In this document: in pieces, positions 9,667-19,184 of the stretch
Numbering within the stretch: position 1 is the first letter of the stretch
How the letters are laid out: each line of letters starts with the position of its first letter
NCBI GenBank assembly: GCA_037445635.1
Contig: JBBIKC010000001.1
Span: forward strand, 211,595 to 275,594
Direction: 5' to 3'
Length of the DNA stretch: 64,000 nt
DNA from: Chloroflexota bacterium
Lineage (GTDB): Bacteria > Chloroflexota > Anaerolineae > Anaerolineales > Villigracilaceae
Notes under the pieces: generated by a model
The model's database searches: none
The model's input: only the letters and a program-made list of their open reading frames with translations
Told to the model about the DNA's origin: nothing
Made by a program: the position numbers and the translations under genes

Positions 9667-10352
9667 GCAATCACCTTGTCGCCGGACTGCCAGCGTTCGG
9701 CTTGCAGCCTGCCATCCTTTAAAGATACGATCTCGGCCCCAGGCTTTTCCTTTCGCCGGCCGGGCGCGGCGATCTCGTTACAGATCCGCAACTGGGTCGG
9801 CGAAAGATCGAGGGCGCAGACGACCGCCGACTCGTCGCCTTTCGCCCCGGCGTGGATCACGCCTCGCGCGCGACCCCAGACGATCACACTGCCGTCGGCC
9901 ACGATCTCGGCCCCGGGATTCACATCGCCCAACACGACGACGTTGCCCGGATATTCGATGCGCGTCCCGGACCGAAGCGTGCGGTCCAGCCAGAGCGCGG
10001 AGGCGGGCGCGGGTTCACGGGGGAGCGCGGATTCCTGCGGACGCGGCTTGGCAATGCGCGTGGCCAGCCCGAGCAGCTGCGAGGTCTTCTCTGTGCGCGG
10101 CGACTGGCTGATCACAGCCCAGAGGAGCACGCCGCGCTCTGAAAGCGCGTCGCGCAGGTCGGATAACTGATTGACGTCGAAAATGTGGTTGCCGACATCC
10201 AGGGCGACGCGCGCGCCCTGAAAAAACGACTGCTGTGATTCGATCTGCTCCATGAGGGCGGGACGCAGCTCATCCCATGGCGCATCGGCAAGCGAAACAA
10301 GCAGGCCGTCGCGCAATCCTTTGATTTGAATGAGGGGATTGGAATCGCTCAT
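9663..10352 (-). CDS. minC: septum site-determining protein MinC
   Basis: 229 aa. C-terminal beta-helix repeat region (GNVVVLGDVNPGAEIVADGSVIVWGRARG). Operon position upstream of minD. Confidence 0.85.
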   Translation of the reverse strand: MSDSNPLIQIKGLRDGLLVSLADAPWDELRPALMEQIESQQSFFQGARVALDVGNHIFDVNQLSDLRDALSERGVLLWAVISQSPRTEKTSQLLGLATRIAKPRPQESALPREPAPASALWLDRTLRSGTRIEYPGNVVVLGDVNPGAEIVADGSVIVWGRARGVIHAGAKGDESAVVCALDLSPTQLRICNEIAAPGRRKEKPGAEIVSLKDGRLQAERWQSGDKVIA

Positions 10353-10406
10353 AGCCCGGCCGCAGAGACGGTTGCCGAATTATAGCATGAACTCCGCGGG
10401 GGTTTC

Positions 10407-12587
10407 TCAGGGAACAACCCCGCCGCTCGATTGAGCCAGGTCAATGGATTTGATCTCGAAGTAGGCCTGCATCAGGCGGCCGACCACCGGGCCGGCCACG
10501 CTGGCGCCCTCGCCGCCGTTGTACATGAATGCAATGATAACGACTTCGGGATCGTCGTAAGGCGCGTAGGCCACGGTCCACGAGTGGGTCGGCCAGAGGC
10601 CGAAGGCACAGCGATTGTCCTTCAACGCAACGTCGTCGCAATACTCGGCCGTCCCCGTTTTGCCCGCCACTGCAATCGGGAAATCGCCGAACACCTTGTT
10701 CAGGGTGCCGCGCGAGTCGGTCACCGCCAGGCGCATACCCTCCTGTATCTTCTGAACGACGACCGGGTCAACGACCTTTTTCTGGCCGGTATCGTTGCAA
10801 TAACCGGCTTCGCAATCGAAAACGGTGATCATCGGTGTAGCGGTTATGTCCCATTTCAGGTTTGCCGTGAAAGGCGAGATCTGGTAACTGGCGGGGCCGG
10901 CCGGGACATCGGTCACGGTTCCCTCGTCCGGGTTGTACCATTTTTCGACGACGTTCCCATCGCTGTCCTGGATTTCGCGTACGACTGTAGGCTGCATTAA
11001 TGCCCCGTCGTTTGCAATCGTCGCGCCGGACATCAAGACCTGGAGAGGCGTGGCAAGCACGTAACCCTGACCGACGCTGGCAATGTACGTGTCGCCGGTG
11101 GACCAGTTCTCGCCCTTGTTGATACGCTTCCACTGCGGCGAGGGGATCAGACCGCCGGCCTCGCCGGGCAGTTCGATGCCGGAAGGCTGGTCGTAACCCA
11201 GAGCGCGGGCATATTCGCGCAGGCGCTCGATGCCCAGTCCCTCCACGATTTCGTCCCGGTAGCCGCCGCCCAGTTTATAAAAACAGACATTGCTCGAATA
11301 GGCGATGCAATGCAGAAAATCCAACCGTCCGAAGCCTTCCTCGTTGATCACGCCGTTGAGGTTGTAGATCCAGTCCACGAACGGACGCTCACGCCCGGGG
11401 TCGTTTGGAGAAAATTTCTCGGTCAGAACCAATTGGCCGGGGGTTTCGATGATCTGGCTGAGCGATACCACGCCTTCGTTCAAGGCGCCGGTTGCCGTGG
11501 ATAGTTTAAATGCAGAGCCCGGCGGATACTCGCTGGAAATGGCATTGTTCAACAGAGGTCGGCGGGGATCCTCGCTGAGCTGTTCGTAGTAGTAAGCCGG
11601 AATGATACGCGCAAAGCGGTTATTCTCGTAAGTGGGATACGTGACCATTGCCAGGATTTCGCCCGTTTTCGGGTTCATGGCGATGACTACGCCGCTCGAA
11701 ATGCGGATGCGTCCAAAGTATGCATTCCAGGACCTGATTTCGTCCAGCAGAATGGCCTCAGCGGCGGCCTGCAGGCGGGTGTCAATTGTCAGGGTCACGT
11801 TATGACCCGGCACCGGATCAATGGGAGGCTCGAGATTGCGAAGTTCCTTGCCCGCGACATCCACCTGAACGACGCGCGTCCCGTTCGTTCCCGAGAGCAC
11901 ATCATCCAACGAAAGTTCGACGCCCGCATAACCAACTTTGTCTCTTCCCGCAACGTAGCCGCGCGCCGCATAGTCCTCCGCAAGGTTGGCGGGGATTGGC
12001 CCGAGAAAGCCGATCAGGTTGGCGGTCAGCGCGCCGGTCGGATAGTCGCGTGTAGGCTCGACCTCGACGGTCACGCCGGGCCAGTCCACGGCGCGTTCGC
12101 GCACGATGCGGGCCGTCACTTCGTCCACATTGCACTTAACCTTGACCGGGCTGTAAGGCGCAAGCGAATCGCCCAACTCCACCAACTGGGCAATGCCCGG
12201 ACCCTCCACGCAGGCAGCAAACAGCTTGGCCTCCTCCACGGTGCCGGAATTTACCGGCACGCCGACCAGTTTCGACAGTTCGCGATAAATGTTCTGGATA
12301 TCGGCCTCGTCGTCCGGCAGGTCCGCAGGCGTGATCACCACGTTATACGAGGCGATATTGCGCGCCAGGATATACCCGTTGCGATCGTAGATGATGCCGC
12401 GCGGCGCGGGGTCGCTCACGTTGCGGGTGTAATTTTCCACGGCCTGCTCGTCCCAAGTCTGTCCTCCGAAGACCTGCAACGAGATCAACCGGTACAGAAC
12501 CACTAGGATAACCGCGGAGACGGCAAGATACACTGCGGTCATACGCCAGGACTCGAATTTTACGTGCGGCGCAGAAGTGGAGCTCAT
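10407..12587 (-). CDS. mrdA: penicillin-binding protein 2 (elongasome transpeptidase)
   Basis: N-terminal TM, PBP dimerisation domain, and transpeptidase motifs SAFK, SSN and KTGTA. Start set to ATG 12587, which overlaps the mreD stop (ATGA). The 116 upstream codons of the ORF overlap mreD and are rejected. Confidence 0.9.
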   Translation of the reverse strand: MSSTSAPHVKFESWRMTAVYLAVSAVILVVLYRLISLQVFGGQTWDEQAVENYTRNVSDPAPRGIIYDRNGYILARNIASYNVVITPADLPDDEADIQNIYRELSKLVGVPVNSGTVEEAKLFAACVEGPGIAQLVELGDSLAPYSPVKVKCNVDEVTARIVRERAVDWPGVTVEVEPTRDYPTGALTANLIGFLGPIPANLAEDYAARGYVAGRDKVGYAGVELSLDDVLSGTNGTRVVQVDVAGKELRNLEPPIDPVPGHNVTLTIDTRLQAAAEAILLDEIRSWNAYFGRIRISSGVVIAMNPKTGEILAMVTYPTYENNRFARIIPAYYYEQLSEDPRRPLLNNAISSEYPPGSAFKLSTATGALNEGVVSLSQIIETPGQLVLTEKFSPNDPGRERPFVDWIYNLNGVINEEGFGRLDFLHCIAYSSNVCFYKLGGGYRDEIVEGLGIERLREYARALGYDQPSGIELPGEAGGLIPSPQWKRINKGENWSTGDTYIASVGQGYVLATPLQVLMSGATIANDGALMQPTVVREIQDSDGNVVEKWYNPDEGTVTDVPAGPASYQISPFTANLKWDITATPMITVFDCEAGYCNDTGQKKVVDPVVVQKIQEGMRLAVTDSRGTLNKVFGDFPIAVAGKTGTAEYCDDVALKDNRCAFGLWPTHSWTVAYAPYDDPEVVIIAFMYNGGEGASVAGPVVGRLMQAYFEIKSIDLAQSSGGVVP

Positions 12588-13084
12588 TCGACAGCCTCGA
12601 CCGGATAGACCCAGCGCGCCAGGTCGCGCATCATCCAGTAAAGCGGGAGCGCAAGCAGCAAATTCAACAGCAGGCTGGGAAGCGTGACCGCGCCCATCGC
12701 TTCTCCAAACGGGAGGGGCAGGCCGGAGATTCGCAACACGGCAAACGATAACAGATGATAGAACAATGTCCCCAGAAAAGTGACCAGGAACATCGCCAGC
12801 ATCGGCGCCTGCCAGATTCTCCTCTGAAGCAACTGGGCCATGAACACCGATGTAAAATAACTGATGAGCGTTACGAACCACGGCAGACCGGAGGCGAACG
12901 CCATCAACAGTGCGGCCAGCCCGGCCCAGTGCCATCCCGTGACAACGCCTTCCTGCAATGCCCAGGCGATCAACATCACGAGCACCAAATCGCCGAAGCC
13001 AGCCAGCAACGAAATACGGCTGACGACAGCCGACTGCAGGACGACAGTCAGAATCAGGATGGGAAAAGCGACCAGGTTACGCAT
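12584..13084 (-). CDS. mreD: rod shape-determining protein MreD
   Basis: 166-aa polytopic membrane protein lying between mreC and mrdA. Confidence 0.78.
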   Translation of the reverse strand: MRNLVAFPILILTVVLQSAVVSRISLLAGFGDLVLVMLIAWALQEGVVTGWHWAGLAALLMAFASGLPWFVTLISYFTSVFMAQLLQRRIWQAPMLAMFLVTFLGTLFYHLLSFAVLRISGLPLPFGEAMGAVTLPSLLLNLLLALPLYWMMRDLARWVYPVEAVE

Positions 13085-13085
13085 T

Positions 13086-13931
13086 TCAGGGAGCAGGCGT
13101 GGGGATGAGAGGCTCGATCTCGACCGGGCGGAAGTTGGTAATGATCAACACAATCTCCAGCCGCGTGAAATCCACGACCGGCTGGACGGACGCCTGTTGG
13201 AACAGGTCTGCTTCCCGCTTTTGGATGTTGACCACCTGTCCAATGATCAGGTCCGCCGGGTAGCCGCCGCCCAGCCCGGAGGTGAGGACGATATCCGCCT
13301 CCTCGACGGCGACATCCTGCGGGATCAGGTCGAGCGACAGGTCGCCCGTCACCGAACCGCTGAGCACGGCCTCCGTCTCCGAGCTTTGGAGGCGGACATT
13401 GATTGCGGAGCCGGGATCGGTGATCAACTGAACGCGCGCCGCATCCGCGATGACCGCGTCCACGCGGCCGACCAGCCCTTGACTGGTAACCACAGGCATC
13501 CCGCGGCGCACACCGTCATCCGAGCCGCGGTCAATGATCACGTAATGCAGGAACGGACTAGGATCCCGCCCGATGACCGAGGCGGCCATGTAACTGCTCT
13601 CGGGGTTGGCGCGCGAAAAATCTACGAGCGCGGCGAGGATCTCCACATCCGTCACCTTTTGCTGTAATTCAATCACCTGTGCCTGCAAGCGCGCCACCTC
13701 CGCCTCGAGTTCCGCATTGCGTTGACGCAAGGTGGCGATATCGCGCGGCGCGTTCAGGAAATCCTGGATGGCGAGATACCGCGTCGAAAACCAGGATTGA
13801 ATCGAAATCAACCAATCGGAGGCTGTACTAAAGTATCCGCCGAGTGCAAGCGCCAGGATGCCCCCCACCACCAGAAAAACGATGGTCGTTTGCAGCAGGC
13901 GGGACAACGAATCTTTCATTTCAGGGTACAA
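13086..13931 (-). CDS. mreC: rod shape-determining protein MreC
   Basis: N-terminal TM, a coiled coil (NAELEAEVARLQAQVIELQQK), and the beta-rich MreC core with GMPVVTSQGLVGRV. Confidence 0.9.
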   Translation of the reverse strand: MYPEMKDSLSRLLQTTIVFLVVGGILALALGGYFSTASDWLISIQSWFSTRYLAIQDFLNAPRDIATLRQRNAELEAEVARLQAQVIELQQKVTDVEILAALVDFSRANPESSYMAASVIGRDPSPFLHYVIIDRGSDDGVRRGMPVVTSQGLVGRVDAVIADAARVQLITDPGSAINVRLQSSETEAVLSGSVTGDLSLDLIPQDVAVEEADIVLTSGLGGGYPADLIIGQVVNIQKREADLFQQASVQPVVDFTRLEIVLIITNFRPVEIEPLIPTPAP

Positions 13932-13955
13932 CCAGCAGGGGCGCGGCGGAACGCG

Positions 13956-15026
13956 CTACGCAGTGTGGCGCGTACTGCCGCGTTCCAATCCAACCAGATA
14001 ACGGCTCAAATTATCGAAGTCTTCGAAGATCAGTCCGGCCCCGCGCGCCACACAAGTCAGCGGATCCTCCGCCACCCACACGCGCAGACGCAGGTCGTCG
14101 GAGAGGCGCTCGGCCAGGCCCTGTAGCAGCGCGCCGCCGCCCGCCAGGCAGATGCCGATGTCCATCAGGTCTGAGACGATCTCCGGCGGGATTTCGTCCA
14201 GCGCATCACGGACAGTATCCACGATCACCTGCACCGATCCGGACAGCGCCTCGCGGATCTCCACCGACGAAACCTGGATCGTCTCCGGCAGGCCGGTGAC
14301 CAGGTTGCGGCCGCGCACATCCACCGTCTTTTCGGTCGGGAGCGAATAAGCCGAGCCGATGTTCCATTTGACCTGTTCGGCGACGCCCTCGCCAATCAAC
14401 AGGTTGTACTTGTTGCGTAAATACTGGACGATGTCCTGATCCATCTCGTCCCCCGCCACCCTCAGGGACCTCGAGGCAACCACGCCTCCGATGGACATGA
14501 CCGCCACCTCGGTCGTCCCGCCGCCGATGTCCACCACCATGCTGCCGCGCACCTCTCCAATGGGAAGTCCCGCGCCGAGCGCCGCGGCAATCGGCTCTTC
14601 GATCATAAAGGCCTGACGCGCACCCGCGGCCATGACCGCATCGTACACGGCGCGCTTCTCGACCTCCGTCACGCCGGTGGGAATCCCAACCACCACGCGC
14701 GGACGCGGCAAAGGCACCACGCTCTGCTCATGCACCTTGCCGATGAAATACTCCAGCATGATCTGGGTGATATCGAACTCCGAAATCACGCCATCGCGCA
14801 GAGGACGGACCACCATCACATTCCCCGGCGTGCGTCCAACCATCTCCTTGGCTTCCAGGCCGATAGCCAGCGGCTGGCGCAGTTTCTTGTCTATGGTGAC
14901 CCATGACGGCTCATTAATGACGATGCCCTTCCCGCGCACATTCACCAGCGTGTTGGCGGTCCCCAGGTCGATCGCAATATCCAATGAAAACAGGCCTAAC
15001 AGCCAGTTCAAGGGGTTGAAGGCCAA
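13956..15026 (-). CDS. mreB: actin-like rod shape-determining protein MreB
   Basis: Contains DLGTANTLV, VVDIGGGTTEVAV and LAGGGALL motifs. 356 aa. Confidence 0.95.
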   Translation of the reverse strand: MAFNPLNWLLGLFSLDIAIDLGTANTLVNVRGKGIVINEPSWVTIDKKLRQPLAIGLEAKEMVGRTPGNVMVVRPLRDGVISEFDITQIMLEYFIGKVHEQSVVPLPRPRVVVGIPTGVTEVEKRAVYDAVMAAGARQAFMIEEPIAAALGAGLPIGEVRGSMVVDIGGGTTEVAVMSIGGVVASRSLRVAGDEMDQDIVQYLRNKYNLLIGEGVAEQVKWNIGSAYSLPTEKTVDVRGRNLVTGLPETIQVSSVEIREALSGSVQVIVDTVRDALDEIPPEIVSDLMDIGICLAGGGALLQGLAERLSDDLRLRVWVAEDPLTCVARGAGLIFEDFDNLSRYLVGLERGSTRHTA

Positions 15027-15161
15027 GTTGGGCTCCTCGATGCAAGTCTACACGCAAATTTCGTTACGATTATACCATGAGGCTTTTGTGCGGGTTTACG
15101 CAACCTGTCCACCCACAAGGGGGTTTATATAATGCGATTCCATTTTTCAACCGGAGGAATT

Positions 15162-16016
15162 ATGTCGAAAATTGCCATTGTCACAGACAGCACTTCTTAC
15201 ATACCCAAAGACCTGACGGAGAAATACAACATCACCGTTGCGCCGCAGGTGCTCATCTGGGGCGAGCAGACTTTTCAGGACGGGGTGGACATCCAGCCGG
15301 ACGAATTCTACAGCCGCCTGAAAACCGCCAAGGTCATGCCGACCACCTCGCAGGTGTCGGTGGTCACCATGCAGAAAATCTTTGCAGACTTGCTGGAGAA
15401 AGACCTCGAAATTGTAGGTATCTTTATCTCCGCCAAGTTATCGGGCACAATGCAATCCGCCTTCCAGGGGCGCGACGCTCTCGAAAGAGGCCGGGACAAG
15501 GTGCACCTCGTGGACAGCAACTCCACAGCCATGGCAATGGGATTCATCGCCCTGGCCGCCGCCCGCGCCGCGGCCGAGGGCGCCAAACCGGACGAGGTCG
15601 TCGCCCTGGCCGAAAAGGCGCGCGATCACACCGGCGTTTTCTTCGCGGTGGATACGCTCGAATTCCTGCACCGCGGCGGACGCATCGGCGGCGCACAACG
15701 CTTCATCGGGACAGCCCTCAACATGAAGCCGGTGCTTGCCCTCAGGGATGGCCGCGTGGAAGCCGTGGAGCGCATCCGCACAAAGAGCAAAGCCCTCGAC
15801 CGCGTCCTGGAATTGGTCATCGAGCAAGTCAAAGGCAAAGCAAACATTCGTCTGGCCACACTGCATGCCAACGCCGAACAGGATGCCCGCCAGCTCCTGG
15901 AACGCGCCAACCGCGAACTCGAGGCAGTCGAAAGTATTCTCACCTCGGTCAGCCCGGTGGTGGGCACACACGCCGGGCCGGGCACGGTCGGTCTGGCATA
16001 TATGGCCGGGATGTAA
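15162..16016 (+). CDS. DegV family fatty-acid-binding protein
   Basis: MSKIAIVTDSTSYIP..., with GGAGG upstream of ATG 15162. Typical DegV length and a GPG near the C-terminus. Confidence 0.88.
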   Translation: MSKIAIVTDSTSYIPKDLTEKYNITVAPQVLIWGEQTFQDGVDIQPDEFYSRLKTAKVMPTTSQVSVVTMQKIFADLLEKDLEIVGIFISAKLSGTMQSAFQGRDALERGRDKVHLVDSNSTAMAMGFIALAAARAAAEGAKPDEVVALAEKARDHTGVFFAVDTLEFLHRGGRIGGAQRFIGTALNMKPVLALRDGRVEAVERIRTKSKALDRVLELVIEQVKGKANIRLATLHANAEQDARQLLERANRELEAVESILTSVSPVVGTHAGPGTVGLAYMAGM

Positions 16017-16086
16017 ATGCCGCATTACAGAAATCGGGTTTCTGCGGGAAACCCGATTTCTATTTTTCGGCGAGTATAATCGAGGC

Positions 16087-16704
16087 ATGACCTCGCCCCT
16101 CGTCATTGGAATTGCCGGCGGATCGGGCTCCGGCAAGACCACCGTCGCGCAGGAGATCCTGCAACGGGTCGGCCCGGATCGTATCGCCTTTCTGCAACAC
16201 GACGCGTATTACAAAGACCTGAGCGGCCTGCCCCCCATCCAGCGCGCCGAGGTCAACTTCGACCATCCCAACTCGCTCGAAACCGAACTCCTCATCCAGC
16301 ACATCGAACAACTGAAGAGAGGCCGGCCGGTAGAAGTGCCAATCTACGACTTCGCCACTCACAGCCGCACCGCGCAGACCTTTACAGTCCAGCCGCGCGG
16401 CGTGATTCTCGTTGAGGGGATATTGATCTTTGCTGAGGCCTCATTGCGCAGTTTGTTCGATGTGAAGCTCTTCGTGGACACCGACTCGGATATCCGCTTC
16501 ATCCGCCGCCTGCAACGCGACCTGAGCGAGCGCGGCCGCACCACCGAATCCGTCGTCAGGCAATACATGGCCACTGTCCGACCGATGCACCTGGAATTCG
16601 TCGAGCCGTCCAAACGCTACGCCGACGTCATCATCCCCGAAGGCGGATTTAACACCGCCGCGCTGGATATGGTGGTTGCACGCATCGAGTCCCTTTTGCA
16701 TTAA
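16087..16704 (+). CDS. udk: uridine kinase
   Basis: VIGIAGGSGSGKTT P-loop, then DHPNSLE, ILVEGI and DTDSDIRFIRRLQRD. Confidence 0.92.
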   Translation: MTSPLVIGIAGGSGSGKTTVAQEILQRVGPDRIAFLQHDAYYKDLSGLPPIQRAEVNFDHPNSLETELLIQHIEQLKRGRPVEVPIYDFATHSRTAQTFTVQPRGVILVEGILIFAEASLRSLFDVKLFVDTDSDIRFIRRLQRDLSERGRTTESVVRQYMATVRPMHLEFVEPSKRYADVIIPEGGFNTAALDMVVARIESLLH

Positions 16705-16738
16705 TCCCTCAAATCCATTTTTTTAGAAGGAGAGACAA

Positions 16739-17251
16739 ATGACCCTCAGGCAATGGAACAAACCACCCGAAATGGAAATTGACCCAAAGAAGAAATACAC
16801 CGCCACGATCAAGACCGACAACGGCGACATCGTCATCGCCCTGCACGCCGACAAAGCCCCAAAGACGGTCAACAACTTCGTCTTCCTTGCCCGCCAGGGA
16901 TTCTACGAAGGCGTGATCTTCCACCGCGTCATCGCCGACTTCATGGCGCAGGGCGGCGACCCGACCGGCAGCGGCAGCGGCGGCCCGGGTTACAAATTCG
17001 CCGATGAATTTCATCCTGCGCTCAGGCACGATAAGCCCGGCGTGCTCTCGATGGCGAATGCCGGGCCGAACACCAACGGCTCGCAGTTCTTCATCACACA
17101 TGTCCCTACGCCGCATTTGGACAATAAACATAGCGTCTTTGGCCAGGTGACCGGCGGCATGGACGTACTCATGTCCATCAAGCCGCGCAACCCGATGAAT
17201 CCGGAATATCCCGGCGTGAAGATTCACAGCATCGTGATCGAAGAGGTCTGA
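16739..17251 (+). CDS. ppiB: cyclophilin-type peptidyl-prolyl cis-trans isomerase
   Basis: Contains [32 protein letters not shown] and HSVFG motifs. Confidence 0.92.
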   Translation: MTLRQWNKPPEMEIDPKKKYTATIKTDNGDIVIALHADKAPKTVNNFVFLARQGFYEGVIFHRVIADFMAQGGDPTGSGSGGPGYKFADEFHPALRHDKPGVLSMANAGPNTNGSQFFITHVPTPHLDNKHSVFGQVTGGMDVLMSIKPRNPMNPEYPGVKIHSIVIEEV

Positions 17252-17261
17252 AAGCGCAACT

Positions 17262-17813
17262 GTGCAGGCTGTGAAAAAGGGCAACACCCGCACCAATCTA
17301 CTGCGCCTGCTGGCGCTGCTGGCCGTCATTGGTATCAGCGTGCTTGTGTTCAGCATCCGCGAGCGGGCGCAGGAATTTGCCGCGTATGGCTACCCCGGCA
17401 TTTTCCTGATCGCCCTGCTGGCAAACGCCACAGTCCTGTTGCCCGCGCCGGGGCTGGCCGTGGTCGCCGCGATGGGCGGTGTGTTCCATCCGCTGGGAGT
17501 CGGCCTGGCTGCAGGCACCGGCGGCGCGCTGGGCGAATTGAGCGGTTACCTGGCAGGCTTTAGCGGACAGGGCGCGGTGGAACGAGTCGACATGTATAAC
17601 CGCATCCAGCCCTGGGTCCAGAAATGGGGCGGCTGGGCCGTCCTGGTTCTGGCTTCCATCCCCAATCCGGTCTTCGATCTGGCCGGGGTTGCGGCGGGGG
17701 CGTTGAAAATTCCGCCCTGGAAATTCCTCATCTTCTGCTGGATCGGACAACTCATCAAGATGACCCTCTTCGCCTACGCCGGATCCGCAACCATCAACTG
17801 GCTACTTGGATAG
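17262..17813 (+). CDS. YqaA/DedA-related (VTT domain) membrane protein
   Basis: 183 aa with 4-5 TM helices. LPAPGLAVVAAMGG...GELSGYLAG pattern. GTG start as given in the track. Confidence 0.6.
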   Translation: MQAVKKGNTRTNLLRLLALLAVIGISVLVFSIRERAQEFAAYGYPGIFLIALLANATVLLPAPGLAVVAAMGGVFHPLGVGLAAGTGGALGELSGYLAGFSGQGAVERVDMYNRIQPWVQKWGGWAVLVLASIPNPVFDLAGVAAGALKIPPWKFLIFCWIGQLIKMTLFAYAGSATINWLLG

Positions 17814-17821
17814 AGGACAAC

Positions 17822-19180
17822 ATGACGGACTACAAGAAAATCGACGCGTATCTCGAATCGAACCTGGACCGAAGCCTGGACGAACTCAAGAGGCTGGTCG
17901 CCCAGCCGAGCATTTCCGCCCAAAACCTCGGGCTGACGGAATGCGCCGCGCTGGTGGCGGACATGCTTCGTGCGCGCGGTTTTACCGCGCAGATTCACGC
18001 GACCGAAGGCTCACCGGTCGTCACGGCAGAACGCAAGGGCAAGAGCAACAAGACTTTGCTCTTCTACAATCACTACGATGTGCAGCCTCCCGAGCCGCTC
18101 GAACTGTGGGAAACGCCGCCCTTCGAGCCGACCCTGCGCGGTGGAAAACTCTACGGGCGCGGCGTGAGCGACGACAAGAGTCACATCACCGCCCGCCTGT
18201 TCGCACTGGATGCTTTGCTGGCCGAATACGGCGAACTTCCATGCAATGTCAAATTCATCATCGAGGGCGAAGAGGAAACCGCAAGTGTCCATCTCAAACA
18301 ATTCATTCTCGAGCACAAGGACATGCTCAAGGCGGACGCGTGTGTGTGGGAATTCGGCGGAGTAGATCATCGCGATATTCCAATTCAATATCTCGGTCTG
18401 CGCGGTATCTGTTATGTGGAACTTTCCGTGGATTTACTCGGCACCGATGTCCACTCAGGGCTGGGCGGGAGCATCTTCCCCAACGCGGCCTGGCGATTGG
18501 TCTGGGCGCTCAACACGCTCAAAGGCCCGGACGAGCGCATCCGCATTCCCGGCTTCTATGACGGAGTCAGGCCTCCGTCCGCGCGTGACCGCGAACTGAT
18601 GGCCGCGTTGCCCGATGTGACCGAGGAATACAAGTCGCGTTACGGCGTTCCGTATTTCATCAAAGGATTGACCGGCGGCGTGGACCTCAAAGTCGAGGAA
18701 GTCTTCTCACCCACATGCACCATCTGCGGTTTGACGGCTGGCTATCAAGGACCCGGCCCCAAGACCGTCCTGCCGGCCCGCGCTTCGGCCAAAGTGGACT
18801 TTCGCCTCATCCCCGACCAGGATCCAAAAGACATCCTGAAGAAACTGCGCGCTCATCTGGACGCGGAAGGCTTTAGCGATGTACAAATCACCGACCTCGG
18901 CGGCGACGCGCCCGCGCGCACCGATCCCGACGATCCATTCATTCAAATGGTTGTCGAGGCGGCGCGCGAAGTGTATGGCGTGCCTCAACAGATCGTACCG
19001 CTTAGCGGTGGATCGGGACCCAGCCACCCGTTCGTGCATGACCTTGGCCTGCCGGTGGCGACCGCCGGCCTGGGCTACCCTGACAACCGCATCCACGCGC
19101 CGAATGAAAATATCCGCGTAGACCTGTATCTCAAACACGCGCGTCATATGGCGAGAGTGATAAGGGAGTTCGGAAAGTAA
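17822..19180 (+). CDS. M20 family metallopeptidase (dipeptidase/deacylase-like)
   Basis: Contains LLFYNHYDVQPP, GRGVSDDKSH, IIEGEEE and a C-terminal HAPNENI. Start at ATG 17822. Confidence 0.85.
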   Translation: MTDYKKIDAYLESNLDRSLDELKRLVAQPSISAQNLGLTECAALVADMLRARGFTAQIHATEGSPVVTAERKGKSNKTLLFYNHYDVQPPEPLELWETPPFEPTLRGGKLYGRGVSDDKSHITARLFALDALLAEYGELPCNVKFIIEGEEETASVHLKQFILEHKDMLKADACVWEFGGVDHRDIPIQYLGLRGICYVELSVDLLGTDVHSGLGGSIFPNAAWRLVWALNTLKGPDERIRIPGFYDGVRPPSARDRELMAALPDVTEEYKSRYGVPYFIKGLTGGVDLKVEEVFSPTCTICGLTAGYQGPGPKTVLPARASAKVDFRLIPDQDPKDILKKLRAHLDAEGFSDVQITDLGGDAPARTDPDDPFIQMVVEAAREVYGVPQQIVPLSGGSGPSHPFVHDLGLPVATAGLGYPDNRIHAPNENIRVDLYLKHARHMARVIREFGK

Positions 19181-19184
19181 GTCA

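Noticed and set aside
12588-12935. 116-codon N-terminal extension of the PBP2 ORF (and similar 5' extensions of mutY, glnS, gltX, udk, the M20 peptidase, the Mo subunit, hsdR and the PyrK-like gene)
   Set aside because: The extensions overlap the upstream gene or palindromic repeats and lack family similarity. Internal starts have RBS or stop/start coupling and match canonical N-termini.
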